From a virus (taxonomy: Duplodnaviria; Caudoviricetes): a DNA stretch of 44,711 bases. The notes beneath the pieces were generated by a model that was given only the letters and a program-made list of their open reading frames with translations, ran no database searches and had not been told where the DNA came from. The stretch lies in IMG/VR virus record IMGVR_UViG_3300046779_001323, positions 1-44,711 of that record; one strand, written 5' to 3'. Shown piece by piece: positions 36,124 through 44,381 of this stretch; the first letter of the stretch is position 1; each line of letters starts with the position of its first letter. A program made the position numbers and the translations under genes.

Positions 36124-37623
36124 TTATCTCCTTAGCTGTGCCAGTATTTGTCTAGCGAACTCAACGCCCCTAGAGCCGTCAAGCAGCTCTCTGGACACAT
36201 GGAAGCGTTCAGTGTTTTCACCAGCGATAGCCAAGTCAATGCTGTCGTTGGAAAGTAGCCACCAGATAGTAACTCGGTGGTTGCGCGATAGTCGGTCAAT
36301 ACGGTCTTCAACCTGTTCAGCATCGTCTGACGAATAAGGCACGTCGAAGAAGACTAGGTCATCTGCGGCATCTAGGTCAATACCCACACCCATATTCATG
36401 GATAGCAGTACTACACGAAGCTCGCTGTCGTGGTCCTGGAACTCAGCCTGGATACGAGCACGCTCGGTCTGTGACGTTGAGCCGTCAAGGATCTCAGCCC
36501 TGACGCCTAGCGCCTTTAGCTCACGCTTGAGCCACTTGAGCGTGGCAACGAAGCTAGAAGCAACCACGACCTTGGATGGGCCGAGCTTGTCAGAGTCGCC
36601 ATCGGTAGTCATGTAGCCACGAGCCTCGAGCCATTCAGCCAGCCACTCGAACTTGGTGGAGGAGAATGAGCCAGTGATCTCATTGGTCGTGAAGTCCCAG
36701 CCGGAACTGATGGCAAGCTGCCTACTGCGTAGGGCTACGACAGCAGGAGTCATAGCTGACTTGCCGCTGAAGTATTCCTTGACCAAGTCCATGTACGCCT
36801 TACGCTGTGGCTTAGCCATGTCGAGCGTGACGTTGATGTACTGCTTGGAAGGTCTGCCTTCTTGAATCTCCGCCTTGGTGCGACGGATGAGGTAGAGCTG
36901 GTCCCTGGCGACCCACTCGTGGGGGGCACGTAAGTGTTGGGGGACGACGATGTCCTTAGTACGGCCGCCAGGGAGTCTAATCGTGCGGGATTCCATCACG
37001 AAGTTTGTAAACATCCAGTGCTTATGGTTTGTGTATACCTCGGGGAACAGGAACTTGAGCGTGCCGTATCGGTTCTCAAGCTTGCTGCGGTCAGGTGTAC
37101 CACTAACAGCAATGCGTAATGCTTGCGCGTGGATGTCGAGCATACGAAGTCCGCGCCAGAACTGGGTCATGTCATAGCGGGCATCGGCTGTGGTTGGTAG
37201 GACTCTATGCGCCTCGTCAATCACGATTGCGTCATAGGTCTGGTCAAAGATGCGTGGGACTCGGCGCTCGCCGTTAGGTGAGATAGCGAGTGCGTCGTGG
37301 TTAGCAACGATAACTGCTGGAGTATTTACCTCGCGCAGCCTATCGTTCTTGACCTCAGCCGTTCCCGACGTGAGGTCGTAGATGTTGACACCTAGGGGAG
37401 CCACATACTTCATCACGTGGTCCTTCAGCCAAGTAGTTTTAGCTGGGAACTTTGGCGCGAGTATTAGCACAATACCGTTAGTGAAGCACCCATCAGCTTC
37501 AAGAGCTGCCAGGCTCATCAGAGTTTTACCGGAACCAGGCTGGTCCGCTAGCAATACCCGCCTGCGATCAACGATAAAATCAACGGCTTGTTTCTGCTTC
37601 TCCCATAGGATGTCAACGATCAT
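36124..37623 (-). CDS. SF2 (SNF2-like) DNA helicase
   Basis: LADQPGSGKT, DEAH, SGTP, GVGIDL, QVEDRIDR. Confidence 0.93.
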   Translation of the reverse strand: MIVDILWEKQKQAVDFIVDRRRVLLADQPGSGKTLMSLAALEADGCFTNGIVLILAPKFPAKTTWLKDHVMKYVAPLGVNIYDLTSGTAEVKNDRLREVNTPAVIVANHDALAISPNGERRVPRIFDQTYDAIVIDEAHRVLPTTADARYDMTQFWRGLRMLDIHAQALRIAVSGTPDRSKLENRYGTLKFLFPEVYTNHKHWMFTNFVMESRTIRLPGGRTKDIVVPQHLRAPHEWVARDQLYLIRRTKAEIQEGRPSKQYINVTLDMAKPQRKAYMDLVKEYFSGKSAMTPAVVALRSRQLAISSGWDFTTNEITGSFSSTKFEWLAEWLEARGYMTTDGDSDKLGPSKVVVASSFVATLKWLKRELKALGVRAEILDGSTSQTERARIQAEFQDHDSELRVVLLSMNMGVGIDLDAADDLVFFDVPYSSDDAEQVEDRIDRLSRNHRVTIWWLLSNDSIDLAIAGENTERFHVSRELLDGSRGVEFARQILAQLRR

Positions 37624-37988
37624 TAGCTACTGGTCCTTGCTTGTCGGGTCAGACGGAACACAGACACAGAAGACTCTACATAGAAGTCCGAGAACTTCTC
37701 GCGAGGGAAGTTGCGCTTGATGAGGTCAGTGTTGAGGAGGACTCGGGTCTCCTTTGAGATAGTAGCCATCTTCTTACCGCTGACTACTAGCTCACTCGAG
37801 CCCTCCTCGAACATTGACAGCAGGAGGTCGCGCACAGCTGCGCGAGACTCCTGAATCTTCTTCTCCTCCTCGCCTAGCTGTAGATACTGAGCGAGCAGGT
37901 TCTTGACCATTGGAGCTTTGCCCTTGGACACAATGGTCTGAGGGTTAGCGATAACCTCATTTAGAGGCACATCAGTTGTTGTCGACAT
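37623..37988 (-). CDS. Hypothetical protein (coiled coil)
   Basis: GAAAGGAG RBS before ATG 37988. Confidence 0.75.
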   Translation of the reverse strand: MSTTTDVPLNEVIANPQTIVSKGKAPMVKNLLAQYLQLGEEEKKIQESRAAVRDLLLSMFEEGSSELVVSGKKMATISKETRVLLNTDLIKRNFPREKFSDFYVESSVSVFRLTRQARTSS

Positions 37989-38307
37989 CGTTCTCCTTTC
38001 GATCGACATAGTCAAGCATCTCCTTCACTACGCCAGAGTAGCCAACCAGTGTGGCTATATCCTCTAGTGTAACTAATCGAGCCTTGACCATTTGTTCACC
38101 GTTCATCTCCAGCGACACTACAAAGGTATCATTCTGGAGCTTGAGCGGAATAACGGTTAGTAGCGCGGCCATGCCGTAGTCATCATGCTGTCCCTTGACG
38201 CTGCCGATGAAGTCATATGGTCTGTCCGTAATGTTACGGAAGCCCATTGTCTTGAGTGTGTCAATGACGTACTTAGACAGTCTTGGCAGTTTTCCTAGCT
38301 GGGACAT
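37972..38307 (-). CDS. Hypothetical protein
   Basis: Fills the gap in a tightly packed operon. Confidence 0.7.
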   Translation of the reverse strand: MSQLGKLPRLSKYVIDTLKTMGFRNITDRPYDFIGSVKGQHDDYGMAALLTVIPLKLQNDTFVVSLEMNGEQMVKARLVTLEDIATLVGYSGVVKEMLDYVDRKENDVDNN

Positions 38308-38581
38308 TAGATTTCTTTAGTCGCTTTCTTTCTTGGTAAGTCATGCCTCCCCATACGCCCCACTCCTCTTTAGCCTCTAGTGCGTAGGTGAGGCATTCAT
38401 TGGTAATAGGGCATTGCTGGCAAAGCACTTTGGCCGCACGAATATCCGAGTGGCCGGATCCTGGCATGGAGTCTCCAAAGAACAGGTCGGGGTAGTTGGT
38501 ACATGGCGTAATTGCTGGGGCAGCATCTATCGCCTTTTGTAGCTCCAACCACAGATCCCACTGTTGTTTGGAGCGCACCAT
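38273..38581 (-). CDS. whiB: WhiB family transcription factor
   Basis: C..PDLFF..AKVLCQQCPITNECL..GVWGG..ER; four conserved Cys. Start uncertain. Confidence 0.95.
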   Translation of the reverse strand: MVRSKQQWDLWLELQKAIDAAPAITPCTNYPDLFFGDSMPGSGHSDIRAAKVLCQQCPITNECLTYALEAKEEWGVWGGMTYQERKRLKKSNVPARKTAKTV

Positions 38582-38585
38582 GATT

Positions 38586-38891
38586 CTATGAACTCTTGGC
38601 ACACTCACAGCCTTCGTCAGGGTAAACAGCAACGTTCTTGCCTAGGTTGGCAAGCTTCTCGAGCAACTCCATCTCCTCCTTGTACGGTGGCATTACGGTA
38701 CGTGCTGACTGTTCCACTTGACGGCCGAGGCGCAGCAGGAACTCGTCATTGTCTGCGGCATCTTTACGGACAAGCACAATAGTCTTCATGTCATCGCTCT
38801 TGATGTCGTAAGTAACTGCGACCTCTAGGACGATGTTTTTGGAAATCTCAGCAGCCTCTTTATCGAGCTTGTAACGGTTCTTCTTAGACAT
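38586..38891 (-). CDS. Hypothetical protein
   Basis: Start at MSKKNRYK overlapping the upstream stop. Confidence 0.65.
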   Translation of the reverse strand: MSKKNRYKLDKEAAEISKNIVLEVAVTYDIKSDDMKTIVLVRKDAADNDEFLLRLGRQVEQSARTVMPPYKEEMELLEKLANLGKNVAVYPDEGCECAKSS

Positions 38892-39147
38892 CTGTCTCTT
38901 TTCTTCTCGCATAGTGAGCGTATGTGCCGTCTGGGTTCGTGCGAGTTGCGAACTCAAATGGTAACTTGTGCCTCCGACAAATTGCGTACAGAGGACTAAG
39001 GTTCTTAGTGGAAGCAGGGTCAATGAGTGCCCACTCGCCTGGGCGAGCTTCGAGTTCCTCAATCAAGACCCAATACTTAGACCTCTTGCGGCCTAGGTTG
39101 GACTTGCCTGTCGAGCGGGGTGGGGGTGACTCCCATACGACTTCCAT
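38884..39147 (-). CDS. Hypothetical protein (possibly DNA-binding)
   Basis: AGGAGG RBS; WESPP..ELEARPGEWA pattern. Confidence 0.75.
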   Translation of the reverse strand: MEVVWESPPPRSTGKSNLGRKRSKYWVLIEELEARPGEWALIDPASTKNLSPLYAICRRHKLPFEFATRTNPDGTYAHYARRKETDV

Positions 39148-39390
39148 TTAGCCTCCTGAATTGCTTGGGTGAACGGTGTGAGCGTTCCGGAACTTCTCTA
39201 CATCCTCCTGAATGTAGCGAATGGCAGAGCTGTTCGATCCGCCATACTTTAGGTACTTGGGTCCGATGTTGCGACTACGCCACTTCTGTAACGTGTTGAG
39301 AGATACGCCAAGGTAGGCGCTTGTCTCAGCAGACGACATTAGTCGATGCTGTATCGGGTTATCTCCCACTGGTTCTTGTCCTTGTTCCAT
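39148..39390 (-). CDS. Excisionase/MerR-like HTH protein
   Basis: LMSSAETSAYLGVSLNTLQKWR..GPKYLK.G..IRY; start may be 39339. Confidence 0.85.
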   Translation of the reverse strand: MEQGQEPVGDNPIQHRLMSSAETSAYLGVSLNTLQKWRSRNIGPKYLKYGGSNSSAIRYIQEDVEKFRNAHTVHPSNSGG

Positions 39391-39569
39391 ACGTAATGCT
39401 TCTCGCCTCCGTTGTCTAGGGTTACGATTTTGTTGAGCACTTCCATCGAGATGACAATGTCATCAGAGAAGATACCATGCTCGGTTACCGCCTTATACGC
39501 GGAGTCTGCTTCCTCATCAGAGTTAGCGAACACCTTGTAAGCGATGCTGTGAATGTACTCATACTTCAC
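39339..39569 (-). CDS. Hypothetical protein
   Basis: AGAAGG RBS, GTG start, packed operon. Confidence 0.65.
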   Translation of the reverse strand: MKYEYIHSIAYKVFANSDEEADSAYKAVTEHGIFSDDIVISMEVLNKIVTLDNGGEKHYVWNKDKNQWEITRYSID

Positions 39570-39813
39570 GATTGCCTTCTTTCTCTAGTGCGTCTAGATA
39601 TGCCATTGCGACTCCGAGACCATGCTTGTGCTTGGCATCTGCGGAGTCATACAGCGATTTGATTTGAGTCTGAATTAGGTTGAAGTAATGGGTTCGGGCG
39701 TTGCCTACACCATTGCGGTATCCCTCTCGGACACCTATGTTGAATGAGTAATCGAGTTCCTCTTCAAAAAAGTGGTCAGCGATTACTTCTCGGATTTTCT
39801 TACCTAGGCCCAT
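39559..39813 (-). CDS. Hypothetical protein
   Basis: GAGGA RBS before ATG 39813. Confidence 0.65.
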   Translation of the reverse strand: MGLGKKIREVIADHFFEEELDYSFNIGVREGYRNGVGNARTHYFNLIQTQIKSLYDSADAKHKHGLGVAMAYLDALEKEGNREV

Positions 39814-40060
39814 TTTCTTCCTCGATTCGTTTCTTGGTCTCGTTGTCGCCCTGGGTGATTGCGACAATGTAGTTGTAAACCTCTTCGCCGTCAAGCTTCA
39901 TGGTGAGCAGCATCCATTCGTCATAGCTTAGGTAGCCATGACGGAAGAACACAATTTCCTCGGCATTGCCGTACTCGCCATCGGGCGTGACATACATCTT
40001 TACATCTTTAGAAGCCTCGTACCTATCTCTGTAAAGGGCTTCCATGGAATCGCTAAGCAT
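39800..40060 (-). CDS. Hypothetical protein
   Basis: GAGGAG RBS; TAATG coupling. Confidence 0.7.
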   Translation of the reverse strand: MLSDSMEALYRDRYEASKDVKMYVTPDGEYGNAEEIVFFRHGYLSYDEWMLLTMKLDGEEVYNYIVAITQGDNETKKRIEEENGPR

Positions 40061-40257
40061 TAGTCAATCTCCTCTAGGTCAGTAGGGAACATCTCATTCC
40101 CCTTGTGCTTGCTTGAGACATAAGGCAATTTGTCTACCTCAATCTCTCCGGTAAGGAAAACCTTTTCCCACAACTTCTGAGCCTCCTCAAGGCTATTAGC
40201 CTTGAAGCGAACCTTATAGGTAGCGATATCGTCGTACCAGAATTCGTACTCTTTCAT
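40060..40257 (-). CDS. Hypothetical protein
   Basis: GGAGGAG RBS; TAATG coupling. Confidence 0.7.
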   Translation of the reverse strand: MKEYEFWYDDIATYKVRFKANSLEEAQKLWEKVFLTGEIEVDKLPYVSSKHKGNEMFPTDLEEID

Positions 40258-40460
40258 TACTTCTCCTCCGTAATGCGTAACTTAGCTTTGGGGTCAAACA
40301 GTTTTAGGTTGTCGTGACCAACGAAACGGTCTATGACAAACCACTTACGTTGATTTTTGTGGTCTCGGTAGTCCTCCAAGGACTCCTTGTACTCTTCGGC
40401 AAGGTTGCCTTTTCTCAAGTCATACGTGACGGTGTAAGTCACTGTTACTTTGCGACTCAT
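40257..40460 (-). CDS. Hypothetical protein
   Basis: AAAGGAG RBS. Confidence 0.7.
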   Translation of the reverse strand: MSRKVTVTYTVTYDLRKGNLAEEYKESLEDYRDHKNQRKWFVIDRFVGHDNLKLFDPKAKLRITEEK

Positions 40461-40469
40461 TGCTCTCCT

Positions 40470-40724
40470 TTATATTGCTTCGACAAAGTCGAAGTCGATT
40501 GTCTGAGCCACCCACATACAGCTGAGGGCTGGCTCAAAGTATGGCGAGTAGATAAGCATCTCGCCCAAGTCATAGTCGATGTCAAACTTCTTGCGGACAT
40601 CCTCGCTAAGCACAAAGAACAGCTGGTTCTTGTCAACATCGGCAGTTAGCTCACGATTGAAGACGCACTCTACTCCGACTACTTCATCCGGATCTTCGAT
40701 CCTAGGTTTGGCAAGCAGCGTCAT
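40470..40724 (-). CDS. Hypothetical acidic protein
   Basis: AAGGAG RBS. Confidence 0.7.
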   Translation of the reverse strand: MTLLAKPRIEDPDEVVGVECVFNRELTADVDKNQLFFVLSEDVRKKFDIDYDLGEMLIYSPYFEPALSCMWVAQTIDFDFVEAI

Positions 40725-40763
40725 AGCTCTCCTTAGTTGTGCTGGTACTTTCTATTCGAGGGG

Positions 40764-40989
40764 GCTCCCCACCGCTGGGAGAAAGGGGGGAAAGAACCAG
40801 CGGTGGAGAGCATAACAGAACACCTACCTCCCGAGCAAATTGTGGGGAAGGGAGGAGGTAGGTGTCCTGAGCATTACCCAAGCGAGGGCATCAGGAGAGA
40901 TGTCTAGTTGCCTAGCCTCTTGCTTCAGCCGATAGCAGGGTAAAAGGATTGGGGTAGCCCACGAGAAGGGGGGGGGAGGGCTACCCCAA
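40764..40989 (-). ncRNA. Tandem array of four stem-loops with C/U-rich (anti-SD-like) loops
   Basis: Stems at 40764-40811 (15 bp), 40816-40869 (16 bp), 40874-40943 (branched) and 40949-40989 (12 bp); G.U wobbles favour the minus strand. Confidence 0.65.
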
Positions 40990-40993
40990 GTTG

Positions 40994-42067
40994 TTAGAAC
41001 AGTTGGGAGTCATCGTTCATGGTAGAGACAAGCTCACCACTAGGGAGGACTTGACCGTAGTCGATTAGCTCAACGGTAGGGTCATCAGCGAGCATGTATA
41101 GCTCGTTGACCCATAGTTCGCGTTCGTCTTCGGTGTAGTACAGGGTGTCAGGGCGGGGTGCTAGATTCTCTTGGACTTGAGTCCAGAATGTGGTGTGAAG
41201 CGTTGACCTGAACTGTGGCTGGTCGAAGCTATCGTTCCAAGCATTGAACTCAGCTATGTCGTCATAGTCCCATTCGTCATCCCAGCCGTAACCTGGCACG
41301 TAGCTGGGAATGTTATCACTGCCCTTCGCACCAGATGTCTGGTGACGGTAGTAGCTGTAATCCCAGCGAGAGCCAGTGTCCTTAGGAGCAGGCAGCATCT
41401 CCTTGCTGAGCATGACACCGTAGCGGATGGTGAAGTACTCCAACTCGTGAGCGGTGTACATCCATGTCGGGGCAAGGTCGAGCTGGATAAGAGCACGCCA
41501 CAGCAATGCCTCGGTGCTGGCAAAGACAAACGAGCCGTCTTCGAGCTGAGCCATAGTGAGCGGTGAGTGCTGATACCTAGCGAGGTGAAGCATGTCTGGC
41601 TGACGCTTGTCGAGCCATGCGATAGCCGCATCGCCGTCAAGCTGGTCAATGGATTGTAAGCCGTGCTGTTCGAGCAAGGCTGGTATCACACTGGTATCAA
41701 CAGGTGGCAAGTTGCCGGTAATGGTCTTGCGAACTTGCTGGTGGTTGTAGATAACGCCGTTGTGGACAAGGGCGATGTTTAGATCGGGTGATGTCACAGG
41801 GTGGTTGTTGCGATTGTCATCGACAGAGCCATGAGTGGCAAGCCTAGTGTGTAGGATAACCGTCTTGGCTTTGCGTGGCATGTGCTTGAGTGACAGCGAT
41901 GAGCCGGGCTTAGCGGCTGAGTGATAGCCGTGTATGCCGTTGTGATGGAAGCCATAGCCCGATGCCATGTAACCTCTATCTTCGATAGCGGTCAACAAGG
42001 CATTGGATAGTTGCCTGGCGTTGATTCTTGATTTGTCTGACAGGCTAAAGCCCGCAATTCCGCACAT
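40994..42067 (-). CDS. Class II (Ntn) glutamine amidotransferase
   Basis: MCGIAG, HTRLATHG, NNHP, HNGVIYN, DT, FASTE. Confidence 0.93.
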   Translation of the reverse strand: MCGIAGFSLSDKSRINARQLSNALLTAIEDRGYMASGYGFHHNGIHGYHSAAKPGSSLSLKHMPRKAKTVILHTRLATHGSVDDNRNNHPVTSPDLNIALVHNGVIYNHQQVRKTITGNLPPVDTSVIPALLEQHGLQSIDQLDGDAAIAWLDKRQPDMLHLARYQHSPLTMAQLEDGSFVFASTEALLWRALIQLDLAPTWMYTAHELEYFTIRYGVMLSKEMLPAPKDTGSRWDYSYYRHQTSGAKGSDNIPSYVPGYGWDDEWDYDDIAEFNAWNDSFDQPQFRSTLHTTFWTQVQENLAPRPDTLYYTEDERELWVNELYMLADDPTVELIDYGQVLPSGELVSTMNDDSQLF

Positions 42068-42131
42068 AAGTGCTCCTTTCTTTCTATCCGACGGGCTGGG
42101 CAGTGTTTACCTGCCCCGCCTCATCTGATAA

Positions 42132-43862
42132 TTACCGTTCAGCAATTAGTTGGTTGCTGTCTAACTCGTCAAAGAGATGGTTTGTAGGCATCTCTGAGCC
42201 GTACTTGCGGAGTAATGAGATTACATCCGTAATCGAACGACAGGATGTCCATTCGCGTTGGTCAATACCTAGTTTGGATACATTGACCATCTCACGAGCG
42301 AACCACGCCCATCGGACAAGATGTCCGTAGTCATACCAAGCACCCATGCTACGGAACTCGATAGTGCCATGAGCTTGGAGTGCGTGGAGGTTGACATCGA
42401 CATAGCGACCGAGCGGAGATGCTTGGTTATCGTAGACGAAGTCCATAGCAAGCGGGATATCGTCAGAGTTAGCGTGGGCATATTCCTTGGTCTTGCGAAG
42501 CCACCAACGAAGCGTGTCGGTGGTGGTTTCTTTACAGTAGCTACGCTCCTTGCGGTGTAGCAGTGGCTCCATGAACCGCTCGACAGCCGAGTAAGCGACA
42601 AGCAGTCGGGTTACATCGGCAACGGTCAGGTCTCTAGCACCGACATGGACATGGATGCCAGCTGAGCCGTCTTCGTCATCGTCAGTGCCGAGGTCGGAGC
42701 ATATCCTGCGTAGACCATCGCTGTTGAAGTGTCTGAGGATGGGCGACACGAACTCACGAGAGTATTGACCGCTTGGCGTGTACTCGCCTGATTCGTAGCA
42801 ATAGTCGCGGTCGTTACAGTGGTCATTCTCATCGCACTCATCACAGCTACATGAGCAGTCCGGTGAGTCACCTTCGGGCAGCGAGCCATCGTGCTTAGAC
42901 TCCCAGCCTGCTGGCCGTTCGGTCTCGTTAGCACGAACCGTCTCGATTTCGATACCCCATGTTCGTGAGGTCTCGATGCCAGCAGCCTTGAGCGGGATGG
43001 TTGCCCACTCAGCAGTCGCTTGCGATACGGTCGGGATAAGGGCGGATGACTTGAGGTCATTCCAGAATGTCTGGAACTTTCTACTCGCCAGCTCGCGTCT
43101 GATATTGGCTTGAGTAGCGAAGTGGTTAGCTTGGTCTTCGAGCAATGCCTGACGGTTAGCCTTCATGTCATAGATAGAGGGCTTGTAGGTCTTGTAGTTG
43201 TCAAAGGCTTTAGCAACCCTGGCTGCTACGGTGAAGTCCATGATTTCGCTGTAACCGATGTGGACATAGTAGAAGTACTTGCCGTTCTTGGCACTGACTT
43301 CGCCCTTGGTAAAGGCAGACAGCTCACTGACAAGCTTGTTGCGTTTAGCCATCCAAACAGCACGACTAAGCGTGGATACATTGGGGTCACCCGTATAGTT
43401 CGGATGTAGTCGCGGCTCAACAAAGTCGAAGACCTTGTAGCGGTCGCTGTAACCTACACTGCTCGCTTCGATCGGAGTCAGATAGTCAGCGACAAGTCTG
43501 GTAAACGCACTGATGCTGACGCCGACAACGCCATCGAGTCGTTCGGGCGACCAATAGGTCTCTAAGCCGTCATGTTTGACGCTTACGATAGGCTCACCCT
43601 TGGCTAATGGAAGGAATAGTTCCTTGTAGTTATCCGCGAGGTAAGCAGCGTGCTTCACACTGGCCATCATGTACCGGGCTGTATGCGTGGCAGATTCTTC
43701 GGATCTGACATCGCTGAGCTCTGCTTTGACCTGATTCATGTCAATGGGCGATTTGCCATATGTCTGAATATTGGTCTGGCGATACCTGGTCATGTTCCAG
43801 TGAAAAGTAGCGGCGAGTGAGTCTGATTTGCTAGACAAGATGTCGTCAGCAACAAGAGTCAT
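42132..43862 (-). CDS. Putative amidoligase (COOH-NH2 ligase, glutamine synthetase-like fold)
   Basis: TWGIEIE, HDGSL, EFVSPIL, AGIHVHVG, RYVDVNL, GTIEFR; start moved to ATG 43862 (AGAAAGG RBS). Confidence 0.88.
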   Translation of the reverse strand: MTLVADDILSSKSDSLAATFHWNMTRYRQTNIQTYGKSPIDMNQVKAELSDVRSEESATHTARYMMASVKHAAYLADNYKELFLPLAKGEPIVSVKHDGLETYWSPERLDGVVGVSISAFTRLVADYLTPIEASSVGYSDRYKVFDFVEPRLHPNYTGDPNVSTLSRAVWMAKRNKLVSELSAFTKGEVSAKNGKYFYYVHIGYSEIMDFTVAARVAKAFDNYKTYKPSIYDMKANRQALLEDQANHFATQANIRRELASRKFQTFWNDLKSSALIPTVSQATAEWATIPLKAAGIETSRTWGIEIETVRANETERPAGWESKHDGSLPEGDSPDCSCSCDECDENDHCNDRDYCYESGEYTPSGQYSREFVSPILRHFNSDGLRRICSDLGTDDDEDGSAGIHVHVGARDLTVADVTRLLVAYSAVERFMEPLLHRKERSYCKETTTDTLRWWLRKTKEYAHANSDDIPLAMDFVYDNQASPLGRYVDVNLHALQAHGTIEFRSMGAWYDYGHLVRWAWFAREMVNVSKLGIDQREWTSCRSITDVISLLRKYGSEMPTNHLFDELDSNQLIAER

Positions 43863-43924
43863 CTCCATACCTTTCTCGTATGTTCGGAGCACTGGCGGTT
43901 GCCAGCACTTATTGCCACTTGCGT

Positions 43925-43959
43925 AAGCAAGCAACATTCATAAAGGCAAGCGGTGGCAA
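43925..43959 (-). promoter_or_regulatory. Early-region motif, degenerate copy C
   Basis: TTGCCACCgcTtgCCTTtatgAaTGt upstream of the amidoligase; same spacing as copies A and B. Confidence 0.4.
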
Positions 43960-44023
43960 GGGCATTTCTACCCGCCGAACCCACTTGTCCTGCTACATTC
44001 ACAAGCACCTGAACAGGCGAACC

Positions 44024-44131
44024 TGTGGATAACTTGTGATACATCTGTATTTCTCCGCCGTTTGTTACTTTTTCGGTATACAACTGCCGGGGTTGTGGAT
44101 AACTCTGTCATGGAAATTGGGGTTATCCACA
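44024..44131. promoter_or_regulatory. Three perfect DnaA boxes
   Basis: TGTGGATAA 44024-44032, TGTGGATAA 44094-44102, TTATCCACA 44123-44131. Confidence 0.85.
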
Positions 44132-44178
44132 GGCTCAATGGGCTACTTTGCCCAGTAATGGAGCCGAAGTCTGATTAG

Positions 44179-44380
44179 GTGACAGCAGTGACAGCGTTTT
44201 TGGTAACTTTTGAAATATCTCTAGATATAGGGGTAAATGGTGCTTATATCTGAAACTTTTCCAAAAACGCTGTCATGCTGTCACTTCGGTAAATTTTACC
44301 GATAGAGCTCGATGGAGCTCGATATGTCGTCACGACATTGCTGACGGGGCTGTGGAAACTGCTGTCACCACGCTGTCACC
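44179..44380. other. Probable replication origin: inverted GTGACAGC iterons flanking an AT-rich core
   Basis: GTGACAGC at 44179 and 44188; GCTGTCA(C) at 44269, 44277, 44361 and 44372; long inverted repeat 44179-44203 / 44261-44284. Confidence 0.65.
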
Positions 44381-44381
44381 T

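Noticed and set aside
39148-39390. Integrating temperate lifestyle, suggested by the excisionase-like and XRE HTH genes
   Set aside because: No tyrosine or serine integrase and no parAB recognised.
40764-40989. CRISPR mini-array or tRNA cluster
   Set aside because: Stems share no repeated sequence; no cloverleaf or T-loop signature.
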